Of a stretch of DNA of 64,000 nucleotides, positions 1 through 9,959 are shown one piece after another; the stretch's first letter is position 1, and every line of letters begins with the position of its first letter. This DNA comes from Patescibacteria group bacterium (GTDB taxonomy: Bacteria > Patescibacteriota > Microgenomatia > UBA1400 > PJMF01). The stretch lies in NCBI GenBank assembly GCA_052035325.1, contig JBPOHR010000006.1, positions 3,083-67,082 of the forward strand. Reading direction: 5' to 3'. The notes beneath the pieces were generated by a model. The model saw only the letters and a program-made list of their open reading frames with translations. It made no database searches and had not been told where the DNA came from. A program made the translations under genes and the position numbers.

Positions 1-422
1 GATGCAACGGATACGTTGTGTACCAATGCATAGGCAGGTGTCACCCCAATAACCCGAGTGTTGGTATTGGTACTACTCGTAGTGACTTGAGCCCTGTAAG
101 AATATTCAGGTGAAACACGCGCTACAGTTGTGATCTCAGTAGATGATTCAATGGCTGCTGCATCAGCAAGGGTAAGTGTTGTGGTACTACCAGCAGCACC
201 TTGAACGGCACCACTTCGCTGTGCTCCTGGATTAATGGTGAGTAGATTTGCTCCCAAAGACTGAATTTGAGATTGAATTGCCACCTGACTAGCTTGTCCA
301 AGTGAAATAAGAGCGATAACACTACCGATGCCTATCACGATTCCTAGCACAGCCAAACCTGTTCTGAGTTTGTTCAACGTCAGTGTCCCTATTGCTTCAG
401 TAATGAGTTCGCGATATTCCAT
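1..422 (-). CDS. MacB/FtsX-family ABC transporter permease, 5' part (runs off window start)
   Basis: Not in ORF track because no stop lies in the window. Minus-strand ATG at 422..420 gives MEYRELITEAIGTLTLNKLRTGLAVLGIVIGIGSVIALISLGQASQVAIQSQIQSLGANLLTINPG..., a typical MacB-type permease N-terminus (TM1 plus periplasmic domain). It lies directly downstream of the ABC ATPase gene. Confidence 0.7.
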   Translation of the reverse strand, partial: MEYRELITEAIGTLTLNKLRTGLAVLGIVIGIGSVIALISLGQASQVAIQSQIQSLGANLLTINPGAQRSGAVQGAAGSTTTLTLADAAAIESSTEITTVARVSPEYSYRAQVTTSSTNTNTRVIGVTPAYALVHNVSVA

Positions 423-434
423 GGTGGGTGACCT

Positions 435-1163
435 TTATGCGGTATCCTGTGTGGTGCTTCGTTTGGCACGTGTTATCTTTTTATTGTTCTGGTCATTCAC
501 TAATTTTCCGTCACGAATCGACAAGATTCTGCCTGCGTGAGCAGCAATGTCAGGTTCGTGGGTGATCATCACAATCGTATGGCCTTGGTCATGCAGTTCC
601 TGAAAAATTGCCATCACTTCTTCGGCCTGCGCAGACGCAATGTTGCCCGTTGGTTCGTCAGCAAGCAGCAACGCCGGATTCATCGCCAACCCCCTGGCAA
701 TCGCCACCCGCTGCTGTTGACCACCAGATAATTGATTGGTGGTGTGATAGAGGCGGTGCCCCAAACCCACTAATTCTAGATAGTTTTTCGCGCGTGCTTC
801 CCGCTCCGCCGCAGGGACTCAGGCATACATCATTGGCAACATCACATTTTTGAGTGATGTCGTCCGCGGAAGTAGATTAAATGCCTGAAAAATAAAGCCT
901 ATTTGTTGATTGCGAATCTCCGATAATTCATCATCATTAAGTTTGGTGATGACTTTACCATTCAAGATATACTCACCACTTGTTGGCAAATCAAGAGCAC
1001 CAAGAATATGCATCAATGTTGATTTTCCCGAGCCAGAAGGGCCCATAATTGCCACAAATTCTCCCTGCTGGATATCAAATGACACTTCATCCAAAGCCGT
1101 GGTCTCTAACACGTCTGTACGATATACCTTGCTGATGTTTTTCAAATGAATTACTGCTGGCAT
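435..1163 (-). pseudogene. MacB/LolD-type ABC transporter ATP-binding protein interrupted by a single in-frame TGA (819..821)
   Basis: ORFs 819..1163 (Walker A GPSGSGKST) and 435..770 (signature LSGGQQQR, Walker B LLLADEPT) are in the same frame. The minus strand reads ...[55 protein letters not shown]..., so the TGA sits exactly where MacB family proteins have Gly (YAG). Confidence 0.75.
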
Positions 1164-2432
1164 TTAGCGAACTCCTCGAGCCCCTGTCATACCGCCAGGT
1201 CCAGCAAGACTACTAAATGGTGATGTTGTACTTGATGTCTTGTTCGTAGTATTTGTCGTTTTTGTACTAGTAACTACTTCATCGCCCTCACTCAAACCAC
1301 TGAGAATTTCCGTTTGTGTACTTGATGCAATTCCTGTTTCTACTGTCACCGTTGTCGGCACTCCATTTTTCATCACTTGGACAGTTGAAACACCATTTTT
1401 CGTACTGATTGCGCTACTAGAGATGATGAGTGTGTCAGTTTTACTGTCAGTCATAATGCTGGCCTGTGCCGACATATTAGGCAAAACCTGTTCAACATCA
1501 GTGTCAAACAAAATCACGGCAGGATAAGATGTCACACCTGAACTAACCGAACCAGCTGTATCAATGCTAAGCACATAGCCGGTATACGTCTTATCGGGCA
1601 ACGCATCTAAAGTAATGGTGGCTTTATCACCTGTGTTGACTTTGGTAACATCAATTTCTGTCAAGTTCACCGTAATCGTCGGTAAAGCATCACTAACAAT
1701 GTGGGCAACTGTCTGCGAAGATGATGAAGTACTCGTGTCAGATGATGAACCTGTACTAATCACCTGGCCAGGCTGCAATGAAAAACCCGTGACCACACCG
1801 TCAATCGGTGCCGTCAGAGTAGGGGAGTTTAATTTCAAGTTTTGCGCCGCTGCATTTAGGGCAGTTTGAGCTTGGGCTAAGACTAGTTGCTGATTTTTAT
1901 ACTGAGCTTCAGCAGCCAACCATTCACGCTCTGATACTGTAAACTCAGCAACATTTCTGACATCAGAATTACTATCTTTATAGGTATCACTTTCTGCTAA
2001 GGTTTTGAAGCTATCCCACTTGCCAAACATACTCGCCTGCAAGCTGTATTGAGCTGCTTGGGCAGCAGCAACCGCGTTTTTCGCACTTTGATATGACGCC
2101 AGAGCCTGTGTATAGGTCTGTTTAGCTTCTTCATCTAAAGTTATCTCTGCCAATGCTTGCCCTGCTTTGACAAATTCATCATTCTTTACAGCTACCTTTT
2201 TCACCACCCCGGTCACTGCAGTCGTAACAGCTCGCGAATTATTATCACTTACTTGCCCCGATGAAGTAATCGCTGCCACCAACGTACCTTTTTGGACTGC
2301 GGCGGTAGTATATGTGGGTTGAGTCGAAGCGGTACTTGTCATTCGCCAGCGAATTACCCCACCGACAAGAATTACCAATACGACTACTATACCTACTCGC
2401 ACACGTATGTCGGAAAAAGAGGGAAGTTTCAT
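1164..2432 (-). CDS. HlyD/MacA-family periplasmic adaptor (membrane fusion protein) with Ser/Thr-rich C-terminal tail
   Basis: 422 aa with an N-terminal TM helix, coiled-coil region and beta-barrel/lipoyl-like segments typical of MFPs. Its stop abuts the ATPase start (ATG at 1163). Confidence 0.7.
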   Translation of the reverse strand: MKLPSFSDIRVRVGIVVVLVILVGGVIRWRMTSTASTQPTYTTAAVQKGTLVAAITSSGQVSDNNSRAVTTAVTGVVKKVAVKNDEFVKAGQALAEITLDEEAKQTYTQALASYQSAKNAVAAAQAAQYSLQASMFGKWDSFKTLAESDTYKDSNSDVRNVAEFTVSEREWLAAEAQYKNQQLVLAQAQTALNAAAQNLKLNSPTLTAPIDGVVTGFSLQPGQVISTGSSSDTSTSSSSQTVAHIVSDALPTITVNLTEIDVTKVNTGDKATITLDALPDKTYTGYVLSIDTAGSVSSGVTSYPAVILFDTDVEQVLPNMSAQASIMTDSKTDTLIISSSAISTKNGVSTVQVMKNGVPTTVTVETGIASSTQTEILSGLSEGDEVVTSTKTTNTTNKTSSTTSPFSSLAGPGGMTGARGVR

Positions 2433-2479
2433 GGTATTAGTCTACGACCTGAAACTTAATATCTGCTTAAGCGTTATGC

Positions 2480-3487
2480 TTATTTGGGTGAAACGGCAAC
2501 TGGAATAGTGACAGTAAATACACTACCTTTGCCGACTTTGCTGCTCGCAACAATCGTGCCACCCAGCTTCTGCACTAATTGGCGAGCTAATGATAAACCC
2601 AAACCATATCCTCGTACTTCTGAACGGGCGGCATCAACTCTATAGAAACGTTTGAATATCAGCTCTAACTGATCTTCTGGAATACCTTCGCCTTCGTCCT
2701 CAACAGTAAGTATCAGCGAATGACCCACCGTTTTTGTTCGAACAAAAACACGAGTATTTGGACGACTATATTTCACCGCATTATCAAGAATAATTGTCAA
2801 AACTTGGTATAAACTTGTCTCGTCAGTGACGATTTTTTGTGAAGCTACATCAATTTTAATACTGATATGCTGTCGTTTAGATTGTGGCAACAATGTATTC
2901 ACCGCACGCATCACCACATCACGAACTTCGACTGACTTCATTACTAAAGGTGCAGCACTTGCAACATGGTCACTTTGCAGTAATGCTTCTGCCAATTGTT
3001 GTAATCTGCCCACTTCCTCCAAATTACTTTTCATCAATTGACGCAGCTCAGTAACTGTTGTTTTTTTCTCCAATAAACTACTTTCCAGTTCCAACTGAAG
3101 CGTAGTGAGAGGGGTACGAAGTTCATGCGATGCATTCGTAATAAACTGACGTTGTTCATCAACCATGTGTTGGATAGGACGCAATGTTTTCCCTGCCAGT
3201 AAGTAGCCCGCACCTCCTGCAATCAAAATTATCACCCCATCAACGAGAAGGAGTGACCACAATGATCGTTGTTGCAACTCTTCAAGCTCTTCCAAGGAAG
3301 GAAATCCCGCTGGTCGTCGTGGACCATTTTGATATACCAAATGTTCTCGTTCAAAGCGCAGTCGTCGAATCAAATCCTGTAACTGACGGTTTGACGTCTG
3401 ATACACCACGGCGCTAAACACCCCTGTGATAATAACAATGATCACTACATAGTAAAAAATCAGTTGAAGACGTGCTTTGGTAAACAT
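2480..3487 (-). CDS. membrane sensor histidine kinase
   Basis: Two TM segments, HisKA H-box (NASHELRTPLTTL) and a HATPase_c C-terminus. Confidence 0.85.
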   Translation of the reverse strand: MFTKARLQLIFYYVVIIVIITGVFSAVVYQTSNRQLQDLIRRLRFEREHLVYQNGPRRPAGFPSLEELEELQQRSLWSLLLVDGVIILIAGGAGYLLAGKTLRPIQHMVDEQRQFITNASHELRTPLTTLQLELESSLLEKKTTVTELRQLMKSNLEEVGRLQQLAEALLQSDHVASAAPLVMKSVEVRDVVMRAVNTLLPQSKRQHISIKIDVASQKIVTDETSLYQVLTIILDNAVKYSRPNTRVFVRTKTVGHSLILTVEDEGEGIPEDQLELIFKRFYRVDAARSEVRGYGLGLSLARQLVQKLGGTIVASSKVGKGSVFTVTIPVAVSPK

Positions 3488-4174
3488 TTACACCTTGCCT
3501 GTCCGAATAACATACCCAAAGCCACGAACAGTTTCGACAAACGAAGTAGTTCGACCACGATCAATTTTGTCGCGTAGGTGCTTCATATGCACTTCCACTG
3601 TTTTTGGCAACACATCGGTGTCATAGTTCCAGACATGATCAACCAATGTTTGTTTAGAAACAACAATATCCTGATGCCGCAACAGATCTTCCAACACAGC
3701 AAATTCTTTTGCCGACATAACTACTGGTTTGCCAACCACAGTCACCACTTGTGCAACTGGGTCAAGACGTAGCTCACCTGAAGCACCCGCTTGCAGTACA
3801 GGTGATTTGGTTTGCGCCCCACGACGCATCAAGGCGCGAACACGCGAGAAAAATTCTTCGAGTGAAAAAGGCTTCACTAAGTAATCATCTGCACCACTAT
3901 CTAGAGCTGCAACTTTATCCTCTACCAGGCCCTTGGCGGTCAACATAAGTATGGGTGTTTGGAGTTCTTCCGCTCGAACAGCCCGACAAATACTCACTCC
4001 ATCACGTTTGGGCAACATTACATCCAGAACCAACAGATCATAACCATCTTCTAAGGCCATCTGTAATCCTGTTTCGCCTTCGTGCGCAAGATCTACCGTA
4101 TAGTGCTGCGACTCGAGGCTTCTGCGAAGTGCTTGAGCGATTTTGACTTCATCCTCAACGATTAAAATGCGCAT
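3488..4174 (-). CDS. OmpR-family response regulator
   Basis: Receiver domain (LDVMLPKRDG, MLTAKG) plus a winged-helix trans_reg_C domain. Its stop is adjacent to the HK start. Confidence 0.9.
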   Translation of the reverse strand: MRILIVEDEVKIAQALRRSLESQHYTVDLAHEGETGLQMALEDGYDLLVLDVMLPKRDGVSICRAVRAEELQTPILMLTAKGLVEDKVAALDSGADDYLVKPFSLEEFFSRVRALMRRGAQTKSPVLQAGASGELRLDPVAQVVTVVGKPVVMSAKEFAVLEDLLRHQDIVVSKQTLVDHVWNYDTDVLPKTVEVHMKHLRDKIDRGRTTSFVETVRGFGYVIRTGKV

Positions 4175-4264
4175 GCTATCTATTGTACAACTGGATGCTT
4201 AAAGAGTGCTTAAGATAATGTACCCACCAGCAGACGTTTCACAAAACAATTGCTATGATGTAGG

Positions 4265-5842
4265 GTGATAATGCTACTGCCTGCCATTGATGTCCAAATA
4301 AAGTTACGCAAACGCGTCCCGAATCTACCACGCAAACGACGAAGACTACGATTTCGAGTGATAGTGTGGTCAGGCTGGTTGGTGATTGCCGGTTTTGTTG
4401 CAATCGCTATCTTTTCCTACTTCACAAATCCCTTTGCTAAATTCAGCCTCGTGCAAAATGAAATTGCCGTCCAGGTAATAGATGGCGAACAACAAATAAC
4501 TGACAGTAGTTCACCAATCGTCCGCAACAATCGCATTACTCGGTCAATTGCTTTCAGTAAATCTGCCTATCACATGATTGGCACTCTGCTTGATGGCGGT
4601 GATACCATCTCGGGCTTAACCGTCGATGACATCATCGCTGAGATCCATCACAAACGGTTCGCGCCTGAATTACCTTTTCTCATTTCCGGCGATCACTTCA
4701 GTATGGTATATCCTCGCTCGCTCGGCATTTTTTATCACTCATTGCTTGATAATCGTACTGCTCTTAACGAGCAAGACTGGGCAAACCGCCAAGCAATCTA
4801 CCTCAAAACCCTGACATTTTCTTTAGCGGTCTACAACGAAACTGATCAGCTAAGTACCACTATAGTACCTCTTGGCCCACAGGGTGTGGTCCTCATGAAC
4901 GTCTACGCGCCACCCTCGGACACACTCTACAGTTTGCTGTATGCACTACGTATCTTGCAAAACCCCGATGAACTTCATCAACGGTATCCGTTTGAATCTA
5001 CCCCCATCACTGCCAACATCCGCGCTGATCAAGCTGTACAAAGCTTACTTAACCGCTATCGACTCGCTCTTCAACGTCATTTTCAGACTTACTGGAATAC
5101 CATGTACGATCCTGTGACGGGTTTGGTTAATCGCAATCTGGTGCTCTCCGGCACAAAAGATTCTGTCCGCCGTCACGGGGCATTTTACGACAACGTCATG
5201 CTCTGGAAAACAGCTCAACTCGCCCAGCAACTTAATCTTGCTACAATCAACCAGGCACAACTCGACTCACTAAAAGAGCGCATTCTTGCCGCGTTTTGGG
5301 ATGAAGAGCACGGCTACTTCATCGAGGAACAGGGGACACCAGAACATCCGCGACATGTCTACTCATCTGACTGGTTGATCGCCTACCAAACCGGTTTTTT
5401 GTCTCCCAGCTCAGCAAGTGATCGTACCTATTTAGAACGAAGCGTCCAATACGTCCAGTCACAAGCACTCGATCAACCCTTTGGATTGCGCTTTACCCAC
5501 AGCACAGACACCAGCAACTACTATTGGCCAGTCCGCTATGGCACACCAGATTACGTCACCACCGCTATTTGGAGTCACTGGGGGATGGAGTACACCAAAT
5601 TACTGGCACATCTGGCGTTACTCACGGGTAATCGCAACTACCTTGATGCCGCTCAACACCAAATTGATGCATATACAGCCAACATCGTCCGTTATCAAGG
5701 CTTCCCCGAGGTATACACCAGTGATGGAAAAATGTACCAGGATAGGCTCTATCGGAGTGTCCGGGCAACTGGTTGGGTAGTCAATTTTGAGGAAGCAAGA
5801 GCGATGGTGCAGGATGTAGCTGCTAAAGTGAAGTCACCTTGA
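4265..5842 (+). CDS. membrane-anchored hypothetical protein (possible six-hairpin glycoside-hydrolase-like)
   Basis: 525-aa ORF with an N-terminal TM helix and a large extracytoplasmic domain. Ends with TGA 17 nt before tRNA-His. Confidence 0.45.
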   Translation: MIMLLPAIDVQIKLRKRVPNLPRKRRRLRFRVIVWSGWLVIAGFVAIAIFSYFTNPFAKFSLVQNEIAVQVIDGEQQITDSSSPIVRNNRITRSIAFSKSAYHMIGTLLDGGDTISGLTVDDIIAEIHHKRFAPELPFLISGDHFSMVYPRSLGIFYHSLLDNRTALNEQDWANRQAIYLKTLTFSLAVYNETDQLSTTIVPLGPQGVVLMNVYAPPSDTLYSLLYALRILQNPDELHQRYPFESTPITANIRADQAVQSLLNRYRLALQRHFQTYWNTMYDPVTGLVNRNLVLSGTKDSVRRHGAFYDNVMLWKTAQLAQQLNLATINQAQLDSLKERILAAFWDEEHGYFIEEQGTPEHPRHVYSSDWLIAYQTGFLSPSSASDRTYLERSVQYVQSQALDQPFGLRFTHSTDTSNYYWPVRYGTPDYVTTAIWSHWGMEYTKLLAHLALLTGNRNYLDAAQHQIDAYTANIVRYQGFPEVYTSDGKMYQDRLYRSVRATGWVVNFEEARAMVQDVAAKVKSP

Positions 5843-5858
5843 TATAATAGGGAGTCTT

Positions 5859-5935
5859 GGTGGCTGTAGCTCAGTTGGTTCAGAGCGTGTCCCTGTGAAG
5901 GATGAGGTCGCGGGTTCGAGCCCCGTCAGCCACCC
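5859..5935 (+). tRNA. tRNA-His (anticodon GTG) with encoded G-1
   Basis: Cloverleaf folded by hand: G-1 followed by acceptor GTGGCTG/CAGCCAC, TAGCTCAGTTGG D-arm, anticodon loop CTGTGAA, T-loop TTCGAGC. CCA not fully encoded; followed by a T-run. Confidence 0.85.
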
Positions 5936-5985
5936 ATTTTTTGTTTCTTTCACACTTTTTACACAACGTACGATATAATTGCTGT

Positions 5986-6309
5986 ATGGTAACGGCAGAT
6001 GTAGAAGCAAAAAGAGTCACTTTAAGTGACACTAGAGTTGTAGAAGCCGCTGACGCTGCACAAAAGCTTCAAGATAACATCAATTCTTTGGCTATTTATC
6101 TTCCTCAAGGATCTAAAATTGACGTGCCTCGTGTGACAGATTCCACGCACTTTGCAGAGCATATCGATTCCTTTCTTAGTGCTGTTCGCAATAACATCAT
6201 AGTTAGATTAGAACACCCAGATATCCAAGGCGAGGCAAAATCCAAACTAGAAACCGACCTTGAACGTGTTAATTCTACGTTGTATAGCTTATATAATAAG
6301 CGTCGATAG
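5986..6309 (+). CDS. hypothetical protein (108 aa)
   Basis: ORF 5902..6309 overlaps tRNA-His, so the likely start is the internal ATG at 5986 (MVTADVEAK...). A TATAAT at 5974-5979 lies immediately upstream, so the transcript may be leaderless. Confidence 0.4.
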   Translation: MVTADVEAKRVTLSDTRVVEAADAAQKLQDNINSLAIYLPQGSKIDVPRVTDSTHFAEHIDSFLSAVRNNIIVRLEHPDIQGEAKSKLETDLERVNSTLYSLYNKRR

Positions 6310-6323
6310 AATTTTTTGTTTTT

Positions 6324-7022
6324 TTAGCTAGTCTTTTTCTTTACAACCCACCCTCCATCTACTTCTGTCTTCATTACTACTTCTAAGCCATATCTCGGCG
6401 CCCAGTCTTCAACTCGCCTCATCATTTTGCTACCGTGTTGGGTATGGTGTGAATAGGGAGCAGAATGCCATTCTTCTAGCACACCTTGAGCGACGAGCTC
6501 GCAAATCGCTGCCGTCATGACATAAGGTATGTGTCTTGGTTGTTGTCCCTCTTCCACATCTTGAGTTTGAAAACCTTCATTGCGCGCTGCAGATGCAAAG
6601 AATACGAATGATACCTTAACTTCAAGAATGCCACTTTGGACGCCCAAAGCTTGCTTATTGGCACTTTTTATCGTCAACGTCATGCGGAACTCTTCATCAT
6701 TGGCAATTAAAGAGGTGTTATCTTCTGTTATAGGTAACCCCATTTCAGCCAAAAAATCTGCTGTCCCTTTGATTTTTGATACTAAACTGTGAACTAAAAT
6801 GGAAATTATTTCAGTTTGTGGTTCTGCTTCACCTTCATTAGCCCATGTATGTTCAAACGTAAGTAAAGGTACGTCAACAATTACTTCTTGCCTTCTGGCG
6901 GACTCGACAAGTTGGGCAAGTATTTCTCTTGGCGTTAACTCTTGGCTTTCAGGATCTACGTGACCTTCATCAAATGCCGAATCTTCTGGGCTATTCATCA
7001 TAGGATAGTAAGTATTATACAA
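6324..7022 (-). CDS. hypothetical acidic protein (232 aa)
   Basis: Long ORF with no recognisable motif. Confidence 0.45.
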   Translation of the reverse strand: MYNTYYPMMNSPEDSAFDEGHVDPESQELTPREILAQLVESARRQEVIVDVPLLTFEHTWANEGEAEPQTEIISILVHSLVSKIKGTADFLAEMGLPITEDNTSLIANDEEFRMTLTIKSANKQALGVQSGILEVKVSFVFFASAARNEGFQTQDVEEGQQPRHIPYVMTAAICELVAQGVLEEWHSAPYSHHTQHGSKMMRRVEDWAPRYGLEVVMKTEVDGGWVVKKKTS

Positions 7023-7067
7023 GCATTATAAATATATGCGTGACATTTTAGTGTTAGGATTGTAGTT

Positions 7068-7928
7068 ATGAATTGGATAGTCGCCAGTATATTAATGTTT
7101 ATTAGTTCAGTTGCTCTGTATCTGAGCGTACGAAAAAGTAATCTGCTCAAAACACCGCAACAGCTTAATAACCTTGCAATGTTTCTAGTACCAGTACTGG
7201 TGTATCTGGTGCTAACGGTCAGAACTCCAACTCATTTTTCGCTTACACCTATCGCATACATAATCATCTTGATTCAAGGTATTTTCTTTAGTTATCTTGG
7301 AAATGCATTCTCGTTAAAAGGAATTGAACACGCACCCAATCCTGGGTATAGTCTCATTATTTCCAAAAGCTATGTCGTCTTTACAGCGATAGCATCCGTA
7401 TTTATTTTTTCTGCTCCGCTCACAATCAAGACAATCATCGCTATCGCATTAATTATGTTGTTCTCTGCTTTAATTATGATCGACAAAAGCAACAACAAAA
7501 CTTCCTCTACTACAATATGGCTTCCTTATACCATAGGGGCATTTTTTTGTTGGGGCTTTTTGGCTTTGAGTTCGAAGTACCTCCTTAATGCCGGTGTGCC
7601 TATCCTAACCAGATTGATACTTTCAATGACGGTTACAACCATGATTATTTTTGCAGAAATGATATACAAAAAAGTAGCGTGGCAAAAGGTTTCGAGAGAT
7701 CAATATATTACCCTACTCATGATTGGAATTTTTGGTGCCAGTTTTAATTACTTCATGCAGGTGGCATTTAATCTAGCACCAAATGTTGGTTATGTGAACG
7801 CAACAAATGCTGCCTCAATATCATTATTAACATTGATGTCTGCGTTATTTTTCAGAGACGAATTGACGATAAAAAAAATGATCGGGATTGGTGGAGTTAC
7901 TGCCGGGTTAGTACTGTTATTCCTATAG
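7068..7928 (+). CDS. polytopic membrane protein (DMT/EamA-like)
   Basis: 286 aa with about 10 predicted TM helices. Confidence 0.5.
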   Translation: MNWIVASILMFISSVALYLSVRKSNLLKTPQQLNNLAMFLVPVLVYLVLTVRTPTHFSLTPIAYIIILIQGIFFSYLGNAFSLKGIEHAPNPGYSLIISKSYVVFTAIASVFIFSAPLTIKTIIAIALIMLFSALIMIDKSNNKTSSTTIWLPYTIGAFFCWGFLALSSKYLLNAGVPILTRLILSMTVTTMIIFAEMIYKKVAWQKVSRDQYITLLMIGIFGASFNYFMQVAFNLAPNVGYVNATNAASISLLTLMSALFFRDELTIKKMIGIGGVTAGLVLLFL

Positions 7929-7951
7929 TTTGAAAAAGAAAAGCCTTAATC

Positions 7952-9013
7952 TTACTCTCCCACCAGCTTCTTCGTTACCTTATTTGCTCTAATTACCTCT
8001 GTCACCCCGAATGACACCAAAAAAACCAGTGCTATGTTTGCTATCAAGTAGAAGATTAAGCCAGACCGCACCGAGCTGATTATCAGTACATACCGTTCAA
8101 TAACATCTTTTACCATGTAATGTACCAAATACATCCCATAGGTACTCGCAGAAATATGTGCCAATACTTTGGCTGGCTGGGCTGAGATCCACTTGGCCCA
8201 CGTTGCTTCCAAACCACGCAAGAGTATAAATAGCGAGACAGCCATTATCACTACCCCTGGCGCAGAGTAGTGTGCATGGCTTTGAAAGTTGTTGAAGACA
8301 TAGTTTTGCATGCCGCTGGCGTTGAGTATTGCTGTCACAATAAAAACCACCGCCAACACCCACAGCATTTTTTGTGAAGTTTTCATCGCGTGGCACAGTT
8401 TACCTAGATAAAAATATCCCAAATATACCGTGAAAATGGTCACCGCATTAATCAACGACAGTTGTGGGAATGCTCCAGATACGCTCGATATTAACGCTGC
8501 GTATCCAAATAATCCAACGACAGCTAGCCATTTAAATCGAGAGTGTAACTGCTGATCGATTTTCAATAACAACGGCACACTTAGATATAAACCAATCAAC
8601 GCTTGCAAATAATAGAAATGGGTAGTGTGAGCGTGCAGAAAATTGCTTAGTACCTCACCCACTAAAATAGGACTGTGCCAAAAGAACGCCTGCCAAAGTA
8701 CCGTCAGCCCATACCAAAAAACTAGGGGAACGAGTAGCCGATGACTGGCTTTTTTGGCTACCATCGCGTATGTGTACTTCTTAGCTGCACCAAGTATCAA
8801 AAAACCACTCAGCATCACAAAGAGTGGTACTGATACTCGAGAGGTTGAACGAGCAATGTTAGCAAACCACCACGTAAAACCATGACTATATAACCCAGAG
8901 TAGAGGATATAGTTCGCCGAGTGAATAGTAATCACCCCAAGAACTGCGATGACACGCAGGATATCGGCAAATATGAAATGTGGTTTTGTGGCTTTCATAA
9001 CCGCAACCAGCAA
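7952..9013 (-). CDS. acyltransferase family 3 (OafA-like) membrane O-acyltransferase
   Basis: 353 aa, multi-TM; N-terminal ...ILRVIAVLGVITIHS... is characteristic of Acyl_transf_3. Confidence 0.7.
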   Translation of the reverse strand: MLVAVMKATKPHFIFADILRVIAVLGVITIHSANYILYSGLYSHGFTWWFANIARSTSRVSVPLFVMLSGFLILGAAKKYTYAMVAKKASHRLLVPLVFWYGLTVLWQAFFWHSPILVGEVLSNFLHAHTTHFYYLQALIGLYLSVPLLLKIDQQLHSRFKWLAVVGLFGYAALISSVSGAFPQLSLINAVTIFTVYLGYFYLGKLCHAMKTSQKMLWVLAVVFIVTAILNASGMQNYVFNNFQSHAHYSAPGVVIMAVSLFILLRGLEATWAKWISAQPAKVLAHISASTYGMYLVHYMVKDVIERYVLIISSVRSGLIFYLIANIALVFLVSFGVTEVIRANKVTKKLVGE

Positions 9014-9057
9014 TGATGCTTGCTTTTACCATATCCTATTCAACCAACAACTGACAA

Positions 9058-9900
9058 TTGGCACACAAATTGCTGACCAAAGCGTATTACAATAACTCCA
9101 TGAAACTGGTTTCCTTGAACGTAGCGTTATTTGAGAAAAATAATGATGCACTCCTAGATTTCTTAGCAACAGAGCAGCCTGACATACTATGCCTCCAAGA
9201 AGTGACAAAGCGCCTCGACGAACACGCCATTCCCGACTATATTTCCAAAGAGGCGATTGATCGTGCCACACCTCAACTCAACTACGGTTTCTTTGCGCCA
9301 ATTTGGGCACTATCATCGTTTGAACAAACTCAATTTCATGGCAAAGAGCATTTCTCATTTGAGTTGGGCGGAATGGCTGAGTTTGGCAATTATGTGAAGA
9401 GTGCTTTTCCCATTTGCAAAGCTGAAAATATCTTTGTGCAAAACCATTTTTCCTATGTGACCGATTGGTCACACTGGCCCAAAGAAGACTATCGTGCCTT
9501 CATTGTCGCTGATCTTCAGCTACCCGAGACCAAAGTGAGAATCATTACCTATCACGGCATTTGGTCTCGAGACAAACAAGGAACACCTCTGACAAAGCAA
9601 GCTTGTGAACGAATCCGAGAGATAGCAACTGCCGTTGCGTATCCATGTATTATTTGCGGTGACTTTAACTTGTTTCCAGATACTGAGTCAATTTCTGTCC
9701 TTAGTGACACATTCACTAGTCTTGTCGATAGTTACAACATCGACACAACCCGACCAGCATCAAATGAACTGCACCATCAGCAGCGAAACGTTGTTGATTA
9801 TATTTTTGTCAGTCATGGCATTCACACAGTCGATTTTAGCGTCCCTAACATTGAGGTATCCGATCACTTACCCCTAATTTTAGAATTTGAGGTGAGGTAA
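9058..9900 (+). CDS. endonuclease/exonuclease/phosphatase (EEP) family protein
   Basis: LCLQEV near the N-terminus and SDHLPL near the C-terminus, the catalytic motifs of the EEP fold. Confidence 0.7.
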   Translation: MAHKLLTKAYYNNSMKLVSLNVALFEKNNDALLDFLATEQPDILCLQEVTKRLDEHAIPDYISKEAIDRATPQLNYGFFAPIWALSSFEQTQFHGKEHFSFELGGMAEFGNYVKSAFPICKAENIFVQNHFSYVTDWSHWPKEDYRAFIVADLQLPETKVRIITYHGIWSRDKQGTPLTKQACERIREIATAVAYPCIICGDFNLFPDTESISVLSDTFTSLVDSYNIDTTRPASNELHHQQRNVVDYIFVSHGIHTVDFSVPNIEVSDHLPLILEFEVR

Positions 9901-9959
9901 TGGCTATGTAAAGATAAAACCGACGAATTGGTATTACTAATCAAGGAGTAAAATTTTTT

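Noticed and set aside
122-540. ORF-track entries 122..322(-) and 328..540(+)
   Set aside because: The minus-strand frame starting at 422 encodes a convincing MacB/FtsX permease N-terminus running off the window. These two ORFs are out-of-frame or antisense artefacts of that gene and of the ATPase 3' end.
8097-8396. 99-aa ORF within the acyltransferase-3 gene
   Set aside because: An alternative frame of the same strand inside a multi-TM CDS; no support.
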